Shown here piece by piece: positions 49,522-61,800 of a stretch of 64,000 bases of DNA. The stretch's first letter is position 1, and every line of letters begins with the position of its first letter. The notes beneath the pieces are model-generated. The model did no database searches. It was not told the origin of the DNA and saw only the letters and a list, made by a program, of their open reading frames with translations. The DNA is from Trichoplax adhaerens (lineage: Eukaryota; Animalia; Placozoa): contig NW_002060959.1 of NCBI RefSeq assembly GCF_000150275.1, forward strand, positions 246,371-310,370, given 5' to 3'. A program made the translations under genes and the position numbers.

Positions 49522-50859
49522 TTTCTGTAGTCTATAAAACAGTATTATTTACATGAATATAATATTACGATTATGACAACTAAGGACTACGCTAAGGTTC
49601 CCTTTTAAAAGTTCTAAATAGGCATCTACATTAGACCCATTTTTTTATAGTCTATAGGGTGATTTATTTAAACAAATACATAACAACCATAGCGTCTATG
49701 GTACGGTTTCGAAAGCCTCGAAATCGGCAGCTCCAGTCAAGCGGTTTAAATCAACAAGTATCTATTTAAGTCCCCAAACATACTCATTTAGAGCCGCATC
49801 TACGCGAATAGAAGGAACTATTTTATACGCTCCTACGTCTTATCGTATAGAAGATTTCTAAGTCATTAATGGATAAAATAAAGAATTATTAAATTGAGTT
49901 GTTTTGGCGTAATATTCGACAAGTTTACTTAATTAATGCCCCATGTCACATAACCAGGTTGCATTAGCGAACGATATTATTCAGTCAGTTGTACTGATGG
50001 TCTAATTTACTAAAAGATAGAAAGAAGAAAAGTTTGACAACATCAACAATAGTGGCGTTTAATTATAATTAAACGCCACTCTTCTTGATTAATTAATTAT
50101 CGTAGGTAAAGGTCCGGGGAGAAATTATCCTACAGCCTCCGTTGTCGACTATTCCCTTAGAGAATTGCGGCTACAATGATGATGAATCACAGATGGACAC
50201 TAGAGAATTACCTCCAATTTTGAATGACTATAGTGTCTGTAATGACCATCGCTCCATTATTTTTACTGTCCGTACGGTAGTTATCCAAAACATTCTGTCT
50301 TAAACAGGATTAATTTCATTTAATTAACTAATATCGCAATTTTCCTGCATCATATCGCATCGAATAATTTGCAGCTTGTATCAGTCTCATACTGATATCA
50401 AATCGGTACCAGCAGGGTGATATAGATACAGATATACTGATACTTTTAGTGAGATACTAAAATAATGCTAATATTGTACTACTGGAATATACTGTTAAGA
50501 TTAATATAGGTACTTGGATAGGTACGATTTGTCACTAAACACAAGTCGAATGCCGTCTGGTGGCCTTCGGTAAAATGGCATCCGCACTGCAGGACACTTT
50601 TTATTTCGTATCGCGATTGTAGGTTTATTACTAGCATGCAGTATATTAAGGGTTCGCTATACTACATATACTAAAGAAATTTCACAAGTGTTGATGCATC
50701 CATCTTTAAATTAAATAAAGCATGTTTAATACGTCTAATTTTAATGAAGTAACCTGAAATAGACGTCACAGAAACTGATGTAGTATTATATCTTCGAAAT
50801 TATTTTAAATAGCGTGAGAGTAACTAAAACTATCAATAAAATAAAGCTTGGTGGTATAG

Positions 50860-52460
50860 AATTAATTATCGATGAGTAGCATGGTTGAAATACTCAATGC
50901 AGTAGCAAACAGCAAATATAACACTTTACGACCTATTCGATTAATGAGTAGAATGCCTAGGTAAAATAGCAACGGGTACTGAAAATAAATTACCAAGTAA
51001 ATGATTGCCTTCAAATTGTTACCCGTTTGACAATTGAAAGCGAAAGAGTGCAATAAATGTGTAGAATTCGTTGATAGATGATTCTCCATGCTATTGCGGC
51101 TATGCCAATATGTTTTGCCTTGGACATAATAAGTAAGGATTACGGATAGCAATATGGTAAATGCCTAGTCACTGACACAATAACTAAACCATACTCTCGA
51201 TGATAGTATTAATCGTTAGCGCTATGATGGTTTCATCATTTTACAAATATTGTCTATATAGCTTTCACGTCCTTCATTTCCAGTTTGATCATCGATGCTT
51301 ACATCGAATTGACTTATCATACAGTAAATAGATTGTTGCTGTAAATTCTTTTCAGTGTGTCATAACGAATTAATTTGATCCATTTTCTGTAATATATCTG
51401 AAGTGGTTTTCGTGTCGTTTTTACCCAGTGCAAATCGTAAATTAATTATAATAGGATACATACTGTACACTTGAATAGATATAATTGGGATAGTCCCTAC
51501 CTATATGAAGGTGAAGTTGCTAATTTGAAAAGTGGATGGCACCCAAAAGGAATGTAAACTGAATGAGGTAATAAAAGTAAAGCAATAGCAGTGCCGAGTT
51601 AATTTCCTAAAATTGTAAACGAAGACATGATTACAGTAGCTTAACCTCCATAACGACGAGGAAAAAATACTAAAATACAATACTAAAACACAATTATGAA
51701 TCGTTGCGTTTATCCCACCATAAGTACTTTCAACGAAGCCTGATGTGACTGCTAACATAGCGTAGTGATAAGCAAAGGCGTCTGCCAATACGCTGATTGA
51801 ATGGATTACTTAAGCGATTATGAGAATTCTTCGCCGACCATAAGTATTGGCTAGTCTACCAAAGATGCTGGCACCGCTGGTAAGGCCCATCTTAAATGCC
51901 AGGCTTAGCCAACCTTTATTATATCGGTTAATGTCTAAATCGCAAACGACAACGACAACAAAATTGCTAATACTGTGTATAGGATATGAACCATAGTAGA
52001 GTCCTGTCACAAAACAGCTTGCGTGATGTTTCTAAACTAAACTATCTACTCTTAAGGTTCCCCGACTAACTCCGGACATCCTCAGTAAAGGACAACTAAC
52101 TTATTCCTATACTATAGAAAACGAGTCCAACGATAGGTTTAGGTTATTAAATATTTTATTATGGACTATAACAGCTTAGTACCAATGTACTGTAGCGTAG
52201 CCTTGGTGGAACTGAGATTAGAAATTAAATTATTAGCAACTTTACTACTAGCCACTTATCACGGAGCATCAAGCTCCGTAACAAGTCCACACTCTATAAC
52301 GATTATATAATGAAATAAAGCAATATCGAAGGAATCGATCCTGGATGTCAAATCAATCGAATCAATAAAGTGATCCGAGCTATATAATTAATTCTTCATG
52401 GTAACTTATTAAAGCGGTATCATCAACTTCTTTTTGAAATGTTTTTGGTCAATCTTATGG
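50860..52460 (-). pseudogene. Heavily decayed SV2-like pseudogene interrupted by a solo LTR
   Basis: Fragments VCDLDINRYNKGWLSLAF..GRLANTYGRRR, AFAYHYAML, YYVQGKTYWH and LINRIGRKVLY in shifting frames with stops. Confidence 0.9.
52005..52283 (-). mobile_element. 279-bp solo LTR
   Basis: TGTCAC...GTAACA termini (TG..CA), 5-bp TSD AGTCC at 52000-52004 and 52284-52288, and a minus-strand AATAAA near 52155. Removing it restores the TM1 coding sequence. Confidence 0.8.
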
Positions 52461-52911
52461 AAAAACATTATGCCACTTACTCCAAGTAAAATTAGATTAT
52501 ACTTAGATCACCTCGATGATAATTCAAGGAGTCCGGTCTTATCGTTATTACTGTAGTCATCGGCAAAGCATCCATTGCAAGTATCCATTGAAACAAACCA
52601 ATATCGAAACTAATATGGAAGGAATCGATCATTTCATCGATCCTACAGTAGATGTCAAATCAATCGAATCAATAAAGTGATCAATAAAGTGATCAATCGA
52701 ATCAATAACGTGATCCGAGCTGTACAATTCTTCATCGTGACTTATTAAAGGGGTATCATCAGCTTCTTTTTGAATATTTTTGGTCAATCTTCTGGAAAAA
52801 CATCACGTCACTTATTCCAAGCAAAACTAGATTATACTTACATCAACTCGATCTGAATAGAGTCCGAGCATATCGTTATTACTGTAGTCATCGGCAAAGT
52901 ATCTACTGCAG
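52320..52911. repeat. About 300-bp tandem duplication of the pseudogene 5' end and upstream DNA
   Basis: 52320-52580 aligns with 52612-52911 (GATGTCAAATCAATCGAATCAATAAAGTGATC...ACTGTAGTCATCGGCAAAG). Confidence 0.85.
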
Positions 52912-54357
52912 TCTCCAAACATACTCACCTAGAAGTGTATCTACACGGATGGAAATTATTATTTTATACGTCTACTGGTATAGAAGATTTGTATGTTATT
53001 TATGGATAACATTAAGAATTTTAAATTGAGCCATTTTGGCGTAAGGATCGATAACTTTACTTGGTGCCCTATTTCTCGTGACCTGGTTGCATTAGCGATA
53101 TCATGTAGTCAGTTAAACTGATAGTCTAATTTGCTTGAAAGATAGAATGATGAAAAGTTGGACAACATCAAGAATGGCGCAAGGCAGCAATAGTTTGGTT
53201 TAAAAATTATTCTGTCCTATTAATTATCATCATCATCATTCTTGTCCATTAGACGTTGGATATGATTTCTTTCTAATCATAATCAGTTGAAAATTACTAC
53301 TATTCAATGGCCGTAATGTCTGCATTTGATGTTTTATGACTTCTAAGAGTATATTTATAACTACAGTACAGTAAATCTATTGTACAATCAGTCATCAGGG
53401 CAAAGCAACTACAATATTAATTTGGATTTGAATAATAATTTGCTTGGATCAGCTGGATGAAATTACAGTACAGTATTCGTATTATGATGAGAGTCGTGCG
53501 TGGATCTTTTCTTGTTTATAGGAGACTTTTTGGGGAACCATGAATTACCTTGATTGCAGGTCCAATCTTGATCTAAGTGTTCATTTGTGGCATTGCAATC
53601 TATATTTGTTTCATTAAAATGATCAGCCTGTATTCTATCTATCCCTTGCGTAGTAAACCTTACGATGTGGCTTGTCATTTCCGGCAGAATAAGGGCGATA
53701 CTAATTGAATTCCGCTAATGCGTTATTTTCCCAATCGTGTGCAATTCCTAGTCTTCTACTGTAGACTAATAATTGATTTTTCATTATAAGTCATCATACT
53801 CTACTAATATACTACTCATTAGCCAATATACTTTCTTTGGAACTGTCATAAAAGTAATCTCAAATAATCAAAATAATAGCAGTACAATTTGCAACTATGA
53901 TGAATTCAAATCAAATGGAGTGTTGTGTAGAACCTTTGCAACTCCCACATTAGCGATATCCTGGGCAATAAAATGAAAAGTATGTTGGTTTATCTTGTCT
54001 CTTGACAAGATAAATTATTTGATTACATTCCAGTTGAAACTCAACATGTAGATGGACGTATATAGTCATTATGAGTCCCTTTATTTTTTCGCTATTAAGC
54101 AATGCTTTACTTGCCAGATTTTGTGGAAAATGTTTTACGTGAGAAGTCCGTAGGATATTATTGCGCCATGTTGACAACATAGTGATGAATTTAGTTCATT
54201 ACGGCATGTAGATGGTGATCCATGATGACAGTCCATGCCAGTATTGAATTGATGTAATGAATAACATTTTCATCGTGGCACTTGGACAACAGATAATTGC
54301 TATGATAAATACTTTTCGAACAATTGTATCAAATAGTTTAGCTTGTTTTAATATTAG

Positions 54358-54444
54358 CGATCAGATGACCGATAGTCCTACATCACTTAGCTATATCGCT
54401 CCCCTTTTTGTTGATTTTCCATTGGATTCCCGCACTTGTATACC
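54358..54444 (+). other. Candidate internal exon of an unidentified gene
   Basis: TTAG acceptor, GTAAGT donor, 87 nt, open phase 2-2 frame DQMTDSPTSLSYIAPLFVDFPLDSRTCI. Confidence 0.35.
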
Positions 54445-54994
54445 GTAAGTAACCACTGTTTGATTTAAATTAATAATATGGTAATGTTGCTTATTGTAAA
54501 GCGTTGCAGGATAGGAAACAGGATCAATTTCTTGACGTAGACTAGTAAAACTCACTTATCCTTTTACTGTACTATCATTGCAGCCTTTCGCAGTTGGAAA
54601 TTTTCTGCTTGTGCTGTAGTAAGAATTAGCGAATACTGTCGATATTACTGTGCGGACATGAAATAGGATCGATTGTTTCAACGTCGACAATATTGCTGTT
54701 TACTGTCCTTTCACCGTCATTGGCTAGTCGAAATTTTCTGTTAGTACAGTAAAATAGGATAATTTTCTTTAATGTGGATAGTAGAGTACTGCAAATCTCT
54801 TTTTATCCTTTTACCGCCATTGGCTAATGAAAATTTTCTGCTAGTAATAATAATATAATCATAGATATACTGTACGCGTATTCACAACATGAAACAAGAC
54901 AGTTTCCTTAACAAGTACTGCAGTAGTGGTAATAATGTTCTTTTTCTTTTCTAGTATTAGCAATCTTAGCTGGTCTAAGAACAATCATTGAATA

Positions 54995-55910
54995 AGAGAT
55001 TCAGGCAGAACATGAATCAAGATAGTTTGCTTGATAATATGGACTACTACAGTGCAATAGTAAAGCTCTTTTATCCTATTGGCAATATTGGAGATTCGAG
55101 AGATGAAACACGATCGTTTTCTTAACATAGACTACTACAGTCCATAAGTAAAAGCTCTTTTATCCTATTAGCAATATTTTTTAGAGATTCAGGACATGAA
55201 ACAGGATCGTTATTTTCTTAATATAGACTACTACAGTCTATTAGTATAAGCTCTCTTATCCTATTAGCAATATTTTTAGAGATTCAGGACATGAAACAGG
55301 ATCGTTTTCTTAATATGGACTACTACAGTCTGTTAGTAAAAACTCTTTTTATCCTATTGGCAATATTGGAGATTCGAGACATGAAACAGGATTGCTTTCT
55401 GAACATATACTAGTACAGTCCATTCATAAAGCTCTTTTATCCTATTGGCACTATTTTTAGAGATTCAGGACATGAAACAGGATCGTTATTTTCTTAATAT
55501 AGACTACTACAGTCCATTAGTATAAGCTCTTTTATCCTATTAGCGGTATTTTTAGAGATTTAGGACAAGCAACAAGATCATTTTCTTAATATGGACAACT
55601 ACATTCCATAAGTAAAAGCTCTCTTATCCTATTAGCAATATTTTTAGAGATTTAGGACATGAAACAGGATCGTTTTCTTAATATGAACTACTACAGTCCA
55701 TTAGTATAAGCTCTCTTATCCTATTAGCAATATTTTTAGAGATTTAGGACATGTAACAAGATCGTTTTCTTAACATAGACTACTACAGTCCATATGTAAA
55801 AGCTCTTTTATCCTATTAGCAATACTTTTAGAGATTTAGGACATGAAACAGGATCGTTTTCTTAACATGGACTACTACAATACGTTAGTGAAAGCTCTTT
55901 AATCCTATTA
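54995..55910. repeat. About 92-bp minisatellite, about 10 copies, with degenerate copies out to about 54500 and 56800
   Basis: Unit GAGATTCAGGACATGAAACAGGATCGTTTTCTTAATATAGACTACTACAGTCCATTAGTATAAGCTCTTTTATCCTATTAGCAATATTTTTA. Confidence 0.95.
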
Positions 55911-57186
55911 TTTCCTGTCAGTCAAACTTTGACTGATCTAATAACATTAAAACGTACAGTAACTGAGATTGATGATATAAAACAGGATCGTTTTCTTAAA
56001 AGCACGATTAGACTGTTAGTCAAGCTCTTCCATGAACAGAAGCAGTAGTAAAGCTCTTCTGTCCTTTTCTTGTCATTGCAACTTTTACTATTTTCACAAT
56101 ACTAATGGAGATTGCGGACATGAAATGCGATAATTTCCTACGTGAATAATTGTATTAGAATAGGAATCAATCTTCAGGACATAGCATATGCGTAAACTGT
56201 TACAATATTAAAGCTCTATCCTCCTATACCTATCATTACAGCTTTCGCTGATGTAATTAATCACAATTCTAATTTGAGATGTTGGACAAGAAAGAGGCTC
56301 GTGAACTCAATAGACGCGTAGAATAATATAACACAGTAGTAAGCTGTATGATTCTTTTACTATTCTTTGCAACTTTTGCTAATCTGGTAATAATGAATAA
56401 TTACAGTATAGAGATTCAGTCATTCAGAACATGAATTGAAGGTTGGTTTTGTTAACCTCCGGGTAGATATGGACGGCAGAGAAAGTTCGGTTTACCTTAC
56501 TGTTGTTGGCACTTTCGCTGATGTAATAACTGAGTAATAGCAGTAGAGATTGAAGACATGAATCTTAAAGGGTAGTTCCTTGTATAGGTTAAGGATTAAA
56601 AGAGTAAAACTCGACCACCCTTGAATTTTTGTTATTGCTACTGGCGCTGATCTAATAATTCATTATTCAATAATTCATGAGTAGTCGCGAAAGAGCAACC
56701 TCGATATCCTGTTAACGGTCATTGCAACTTTCACTGATTTAATGACAACCAATAATGATAGTTGGATATTGATGATCGTTTTCTCAACATGATCTTAGAT
56801 AGTAGTCAAGCGTTTTTTCCCTTTCATGTTAGCCGAACATTGGCTGGTCTAATCATGGCGATGGGTAAAATAGAGTTAGTCTTTATTGGTTGTAAAAGAG
56901 GCATCATTAGTTGTATCCGATGACCTTGGCTGTAATAAAAACAAGATGTTGCATAATGTCATTATTTGTTAGTACAGTAATTCAATTATTGTAATTACTC
57001 TACTGCTAATAAGTTTAATCAGCCTTCTTGTTCAACTCATGCTACATTGTCTTGTCCATTAGAATAGCCAATGCCTAAGTTCTAATTTGAAAGGATAACA
57101 TTGGAAAAATAAATGAAAAAAAAATAATAATTTACACAACAACAATAACGAATGCGACATCGTCATAATGCAGCAGTTGATGGATC

Positions 57187-57236
57187 NNNNNNNNNNNNNN
57201 NNNNNNNNNNNNNNNNNNNNNNNNNNNNNNNNNNNN
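57187..57236. other. Assembly gap (50 N)
   Basis: Run of N. Confidence 1.
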
Positions 57237-57805
57237 CATTTTCTTTCGCCAATCGCCCGACTTACCTTGTTCTGCTCTTCCTCCATTTTCAACTCCAGTT
57301 TGATTTGTAATTAATGACTCGTAGTAGCTTGACTTCCTGCTTCCTCCAATCCTTCTTTGTTCACAGTAATGTTCTCTTTTACCAATTCCCTGGATTAACA
57401 TAACAAAGTTGGTGTCATTATCCACATATTACTGTGATTATAAAAAGGAATTCAATGGAATTGTTTTCCTCTTTTTTGCTCATCATATTAAATATTTCAT
57501 GACGATAAGTTATCATTATTGACGTCATGAACGATAGCACAGCGACATAATTTCAACTCCAACAGTGTAGTGATTCAATATTATGATTGGAGAATAAATA
57601 AAGTTGCAGCTTATTTTTTTTCCAAGTGTATAGTAATTGAATATTGATTGCATTTTAGGCACGAAACGAAAAGCAACAACATTGTATCTCTTTACCATCC
57701 GCGTGGACTGCAAGGAGTCAAAAGGTTTCTTCAATGCTATTTGTTGAACAAGGAAAATTGATACTCAACACCTAACATTATTATTTTGTTGACATTATCC
57801 AATAG

Positions 57806-57877
57806 AGAAAGTCAGCCAAGCAAACTTTTGAAACGTGATGAAAAGGATTTGAAAGCATTATTTGCAGTCCTTGAAAG
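57806..57877 (+). other. Candidate internal exon of an unidentified gene
   Basis: AATAG acceptor, GTAAGT donor, 72 nt, open phase 2-2 frame ESQPSKLLKRDEKDLKALFAVLE. Confidence 0.35.
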
Positions 57878-58199
57878 GTAAGTCATGGTCCCTTTGTAGG
57901 GCAACGGATTCTTGCACTTTGGCTGTACTGTATTGAATAGACTCGAGTGAAAATTAGAAGACGAGACCTATTCCAAATTTTGAAAATTAGGAAAAAAAAG
58001 ATGGATGATTTCATTTAGCTCCTCCATCAGGCTTCATCCACTACTTGAGTCTGTCGGAGTTTATTTCAAACTTTGAAAAAAAGATCCGATGAGTTTGCCC
58101 TAGAGCTCATTTCATTTAGTCCATCTGATTAATCAGACTTACTGCATCATTGGAGTCTATCATAGTTTCAAATTTTGGAAAAAAGATGGAGAATGAGGG

Positions 58200-58880
58200 C
58201 CATAGTTGAACCAATCAGTCTTACTATACTATTTGAGTCTATCACAGTTTTATTCAAATTGGGGAAAAAATGGATAATGAGCACCATGGTTCAATAGTAA
58301 GTTGAACCAATCGGCCTTACTATATTATTTGAGTCTATCACAGTTGATGTCCATTTCAAATTTGGGGAAAAAAATGGATAATGAGCGCCATAGTTCAACA
58401 GTAAGTTGAACCAATCAGCCTTACTATACTATTTGAGTCTATCACAGTTTATACAAATTTCAAATTTGGGGAAAAAAATGGATAATGAGCACCATGGTTC
58501 AACAGTAAGTTGAACCAATCGGCCTTACTATACTATTTGAGTCTATCACAGTTGATGTCAATTTCAAATTTGGGGAAGAAATGGATAATGAGCGCCATGG
58601 TTCAACAGTAACTTGAAACATGCAGCCTTGCTATACTATTTGAGTCTATCACAGTTTATACAAATTTCAAAGTTAGGGAAAAAACGGATAATGAGCGCCA
58701 TCGTTCAACAGTAACTTGAAACATGTAGCCTTACTATACTATTTGAGTCTATCACAGTTGATGTCAATTTCAAATTTGGGGAAGAAATGGATAATGAGCG
58801 CCATTTGGTTCAACAGTAAGTTGCACCTATCGGCCTTACTATACTATTTAAGTCTGTCACAGTTGATCCAAATTTCAAAA
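58200..58880. repeat. About 104-bp minisatellite, about 7 copies with degenerate flanks (about 58000-59150)
   Basis: Unit TTTGAGTCTATCACAGTT...CAAATTTGGGGAAAAAATGGATAATGAGCRCCATGGTTCAACAGTAAGTTGAACCAATCRGCCTTACTATACTA. Confidence 0.95.
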
Positions 58881-61800
58881 TGAAGATTAATGAGTAACAT
58901 GGTTCGATAGTAAGCTTGTCCTGTGATATATCATCCGAAAGCTAATTTCATTTAGCCCTTCAATTAGGCTTATTAAACTATTTTAGTCTATCACAGTTGA
59001 TCTGAATTTCAAATTTTGCACAAAAGATCAATGAGTAACATGGTTCGACAGTCAATTTGTCCCGTGATGTGCCATCCTAAGCTAATTTCATTTCGTCTCC
59101 CAAATCAGGCTTACTGCACTATTTTAAAACGATGACAGTTTATACAATTTAAGTCCCACTGGCGTTGATGGTAATTATGTTCACTTGAACGATAATGCGG
59201 CTCGAAATGGATGAATACAATGTGGAAGTAGCAATTCAGCATGATTTATTTTGAAAGGTAGATAAAAAATAAGTGATTTTGAGCGGATGTCGGTTATATA
59301 ATATCAAGTGTGATGGTCTTCATGTTTTTCTAGCAGAAAATGAGAGGGAAATAGTATTGGTTCATGCAAGGACTAAATTGGTTTTTGCTAATTGGGAAAG
59401 ATTGGAGTCAAACATGGGAGAAATGGAAAAACCAGTTGTGATGACGAGAGCTAAATAGCAACAAGACCTTTTTGCTTGTCAAACTAGCAATTCAATTTGT
59501 ACTTTGCAACTTTCAAATCACCCCTACCCTGTCTTGCTGTCTTGTTGATCGATTTATTAGCATGCAAAAAGAGACTAGACTCAAAACAACTTTGTCGTCG
59601 GAAAAAAGGAAAAAGCGAGGATTAAAATACAGTCTCTAAAATAACAGTCATAATCCAAGTTTTTGCAGTCTAATTGAAATGGGTTCAAGTTAAATTTCTT
59701 CCTATTCGCTGTTGTATTCCCTTTTTGCAATGGAGATTGAATCAATATGACATTATCCAATTGAATTATCATTCTGTTTGCTGATGCGAAAATTAATTCA
59801 ATTGGTCACTGTATTCTTATTACAAGCTGCACAGATTGAACCTGAAAAATAAAAATCTTGTTAAAACATAAATCAATTACAATATTGGCGTCTTTTGTTA
59901 TCGATGTTGCAGTAAATTACTTTTTCGACATGCAAGTTAATGAGGGAGCCTTGAATAATTAATGCAATTACAGGTTCAACATAGATACAACGCTTGGTGA
60001 ATTGGTCCATTGGCTTGATATTCAACTGATTTCTTGCCTTTATTTGTATCAATCAATCGTCATTTCTCTCCATTTTGCATCGAGCCAATACAAGCAGAAA
60101 TCGTCTAATTCATTTCAGATCAACATTTCCTACTTTTGTCCATGCATATTGTTGTGGCAATCGAAATCAATCCTTACTTTATTCCTTTTACAAGTATTTT
60201 ATAACGTTGGCCATTGGAGATTGTTTACAACTCAATTTTGAAAGCAAGGTAAATGAAAGAGTAGTTACTGTAAAATTGTAAAAAATTCAACCGTAGCAAA
60301 GCTTTTGCTAATCCTTCTTGGAAAGTTTCCAACACTTCCAGTGCTTAGAATGATCTATCTTGTCCACACCAATTCATCATTCCCTTGGACAATGAATTCG
60401 GTTCGTTGTTGATTCCATGTATCATTTTTTTTTTTGGGGGGGGGGGGGAGGGAGTTATTTCAACTCGCATACCAACGGTGGATAACATCCGATAGACGAT
60501 ATAGCAGCATGCCAGCAAAGTATCCTTGCTGACATGGAACTGCTTGAACAATCGATTGCACTGTAGTCTAACAAGGAATAAGAATATGGCAGAATGGAGA
60601 TAGATTGATCTTGTTCTCCTTCTCTAATAAGAATACAGTAAAAAGGGCAATCGTCTTGTGGCAATCCTAATGCAAATTTGGCTTTGTTTTTATTAGTCGC
60701 GTCCATCCACTCCTTTACTCTATACAATAACGTGGTCAATCATGAAATAATTCGTTCTATAAATTCAAATCTTTCTCCTCGATTGACTAGTATAAGACAC
60801 ATAAAATGGGAAAGAAATTCAAATTAGGCTTTGATCGATACCATTCCCACTTGATGTTGTTGTTGTAGCCAAGGTAAAAGTCGATCCACCATCGTTGCCA
60901 ACCACTGGACTGACGTAAAATGGTCGTCCACAGCAACGTAAAACATGATTAGCCATTGCATTCTGGTATCGCAGCAACTTGATCAATATTGTTATGCAAT
61001 GGTTCATTTTATTTTGACTGCGATGGATATCATGTTGATAGCATGGTAGCGAATCTTTTCATTGCCTTGCTATCCAATATAGAATGATCGAATACGCATT
61101 TAATGAGTTGGATAATATCAACTAGGGTTGTAAAATTAGGGTACGCGATTTTCATGCGGTAGTCGTCTAGGGATAAGATAAACGGATCTTTCCATTGCCC
61201 CTCCATCCAATTTAACCATGATGTGCTTTTCCCTTTTTTATGAAGACACTCTATCTTAACGTGTTACATCCTACTGTTTCTTGGTTGAAGGCTCTTTTCA
61301 TCATCTTGCTTTGCTATGTATAAGTGATGGGCTTGATTGCCTTGTTGTTAATAGAGAGCCATAGGCTGCATCATAGTGTTTGCAATCATTTCAATTTTAT
61401 TGAATGGTGTCCTATCTCAAGTTGAAAAGTCTCCATCGATATCCTACTGTTTATCAATCTCATGACCTTCCTTTGCCATGCATCAAGAATATGCTTGATT
61501 GGCGTCTTGTCAAGAAGATCCATGACAACCTTGCTCAAAGGGGATAAAACTGTTCAAGTTAAATTATGGCTCACTGAGATAGGATGTTGGTGTTGCTGTA
61601 CAACAAAACCAACACTCTTTCAACGCTAATTTATGTTGAGTAATGCAATTCCATTTATTTTTGCATTGACTTGACAACCGCTATCTCTTCTCCCCATGAT
61701 CCTGACTGATAGAGAAGTGCTTCACGACGTCATCTATCCTATCCATCCCTTGGATAGAGTCCTAACTTTGTGTACGCCTTTCAAATGGTCACTTTGGCAA

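Noticed and set aside
57059-57425. ORFs spanning the N run
   Set aside because: Artefacts of reading through an assembly gap.
47062-60452. Poly-G tracts at about 47063-47077 and 60436-60452
   Set aside because: G-quadruplex-capable, but they are isolated homopolymers with no shared flanks or other support.
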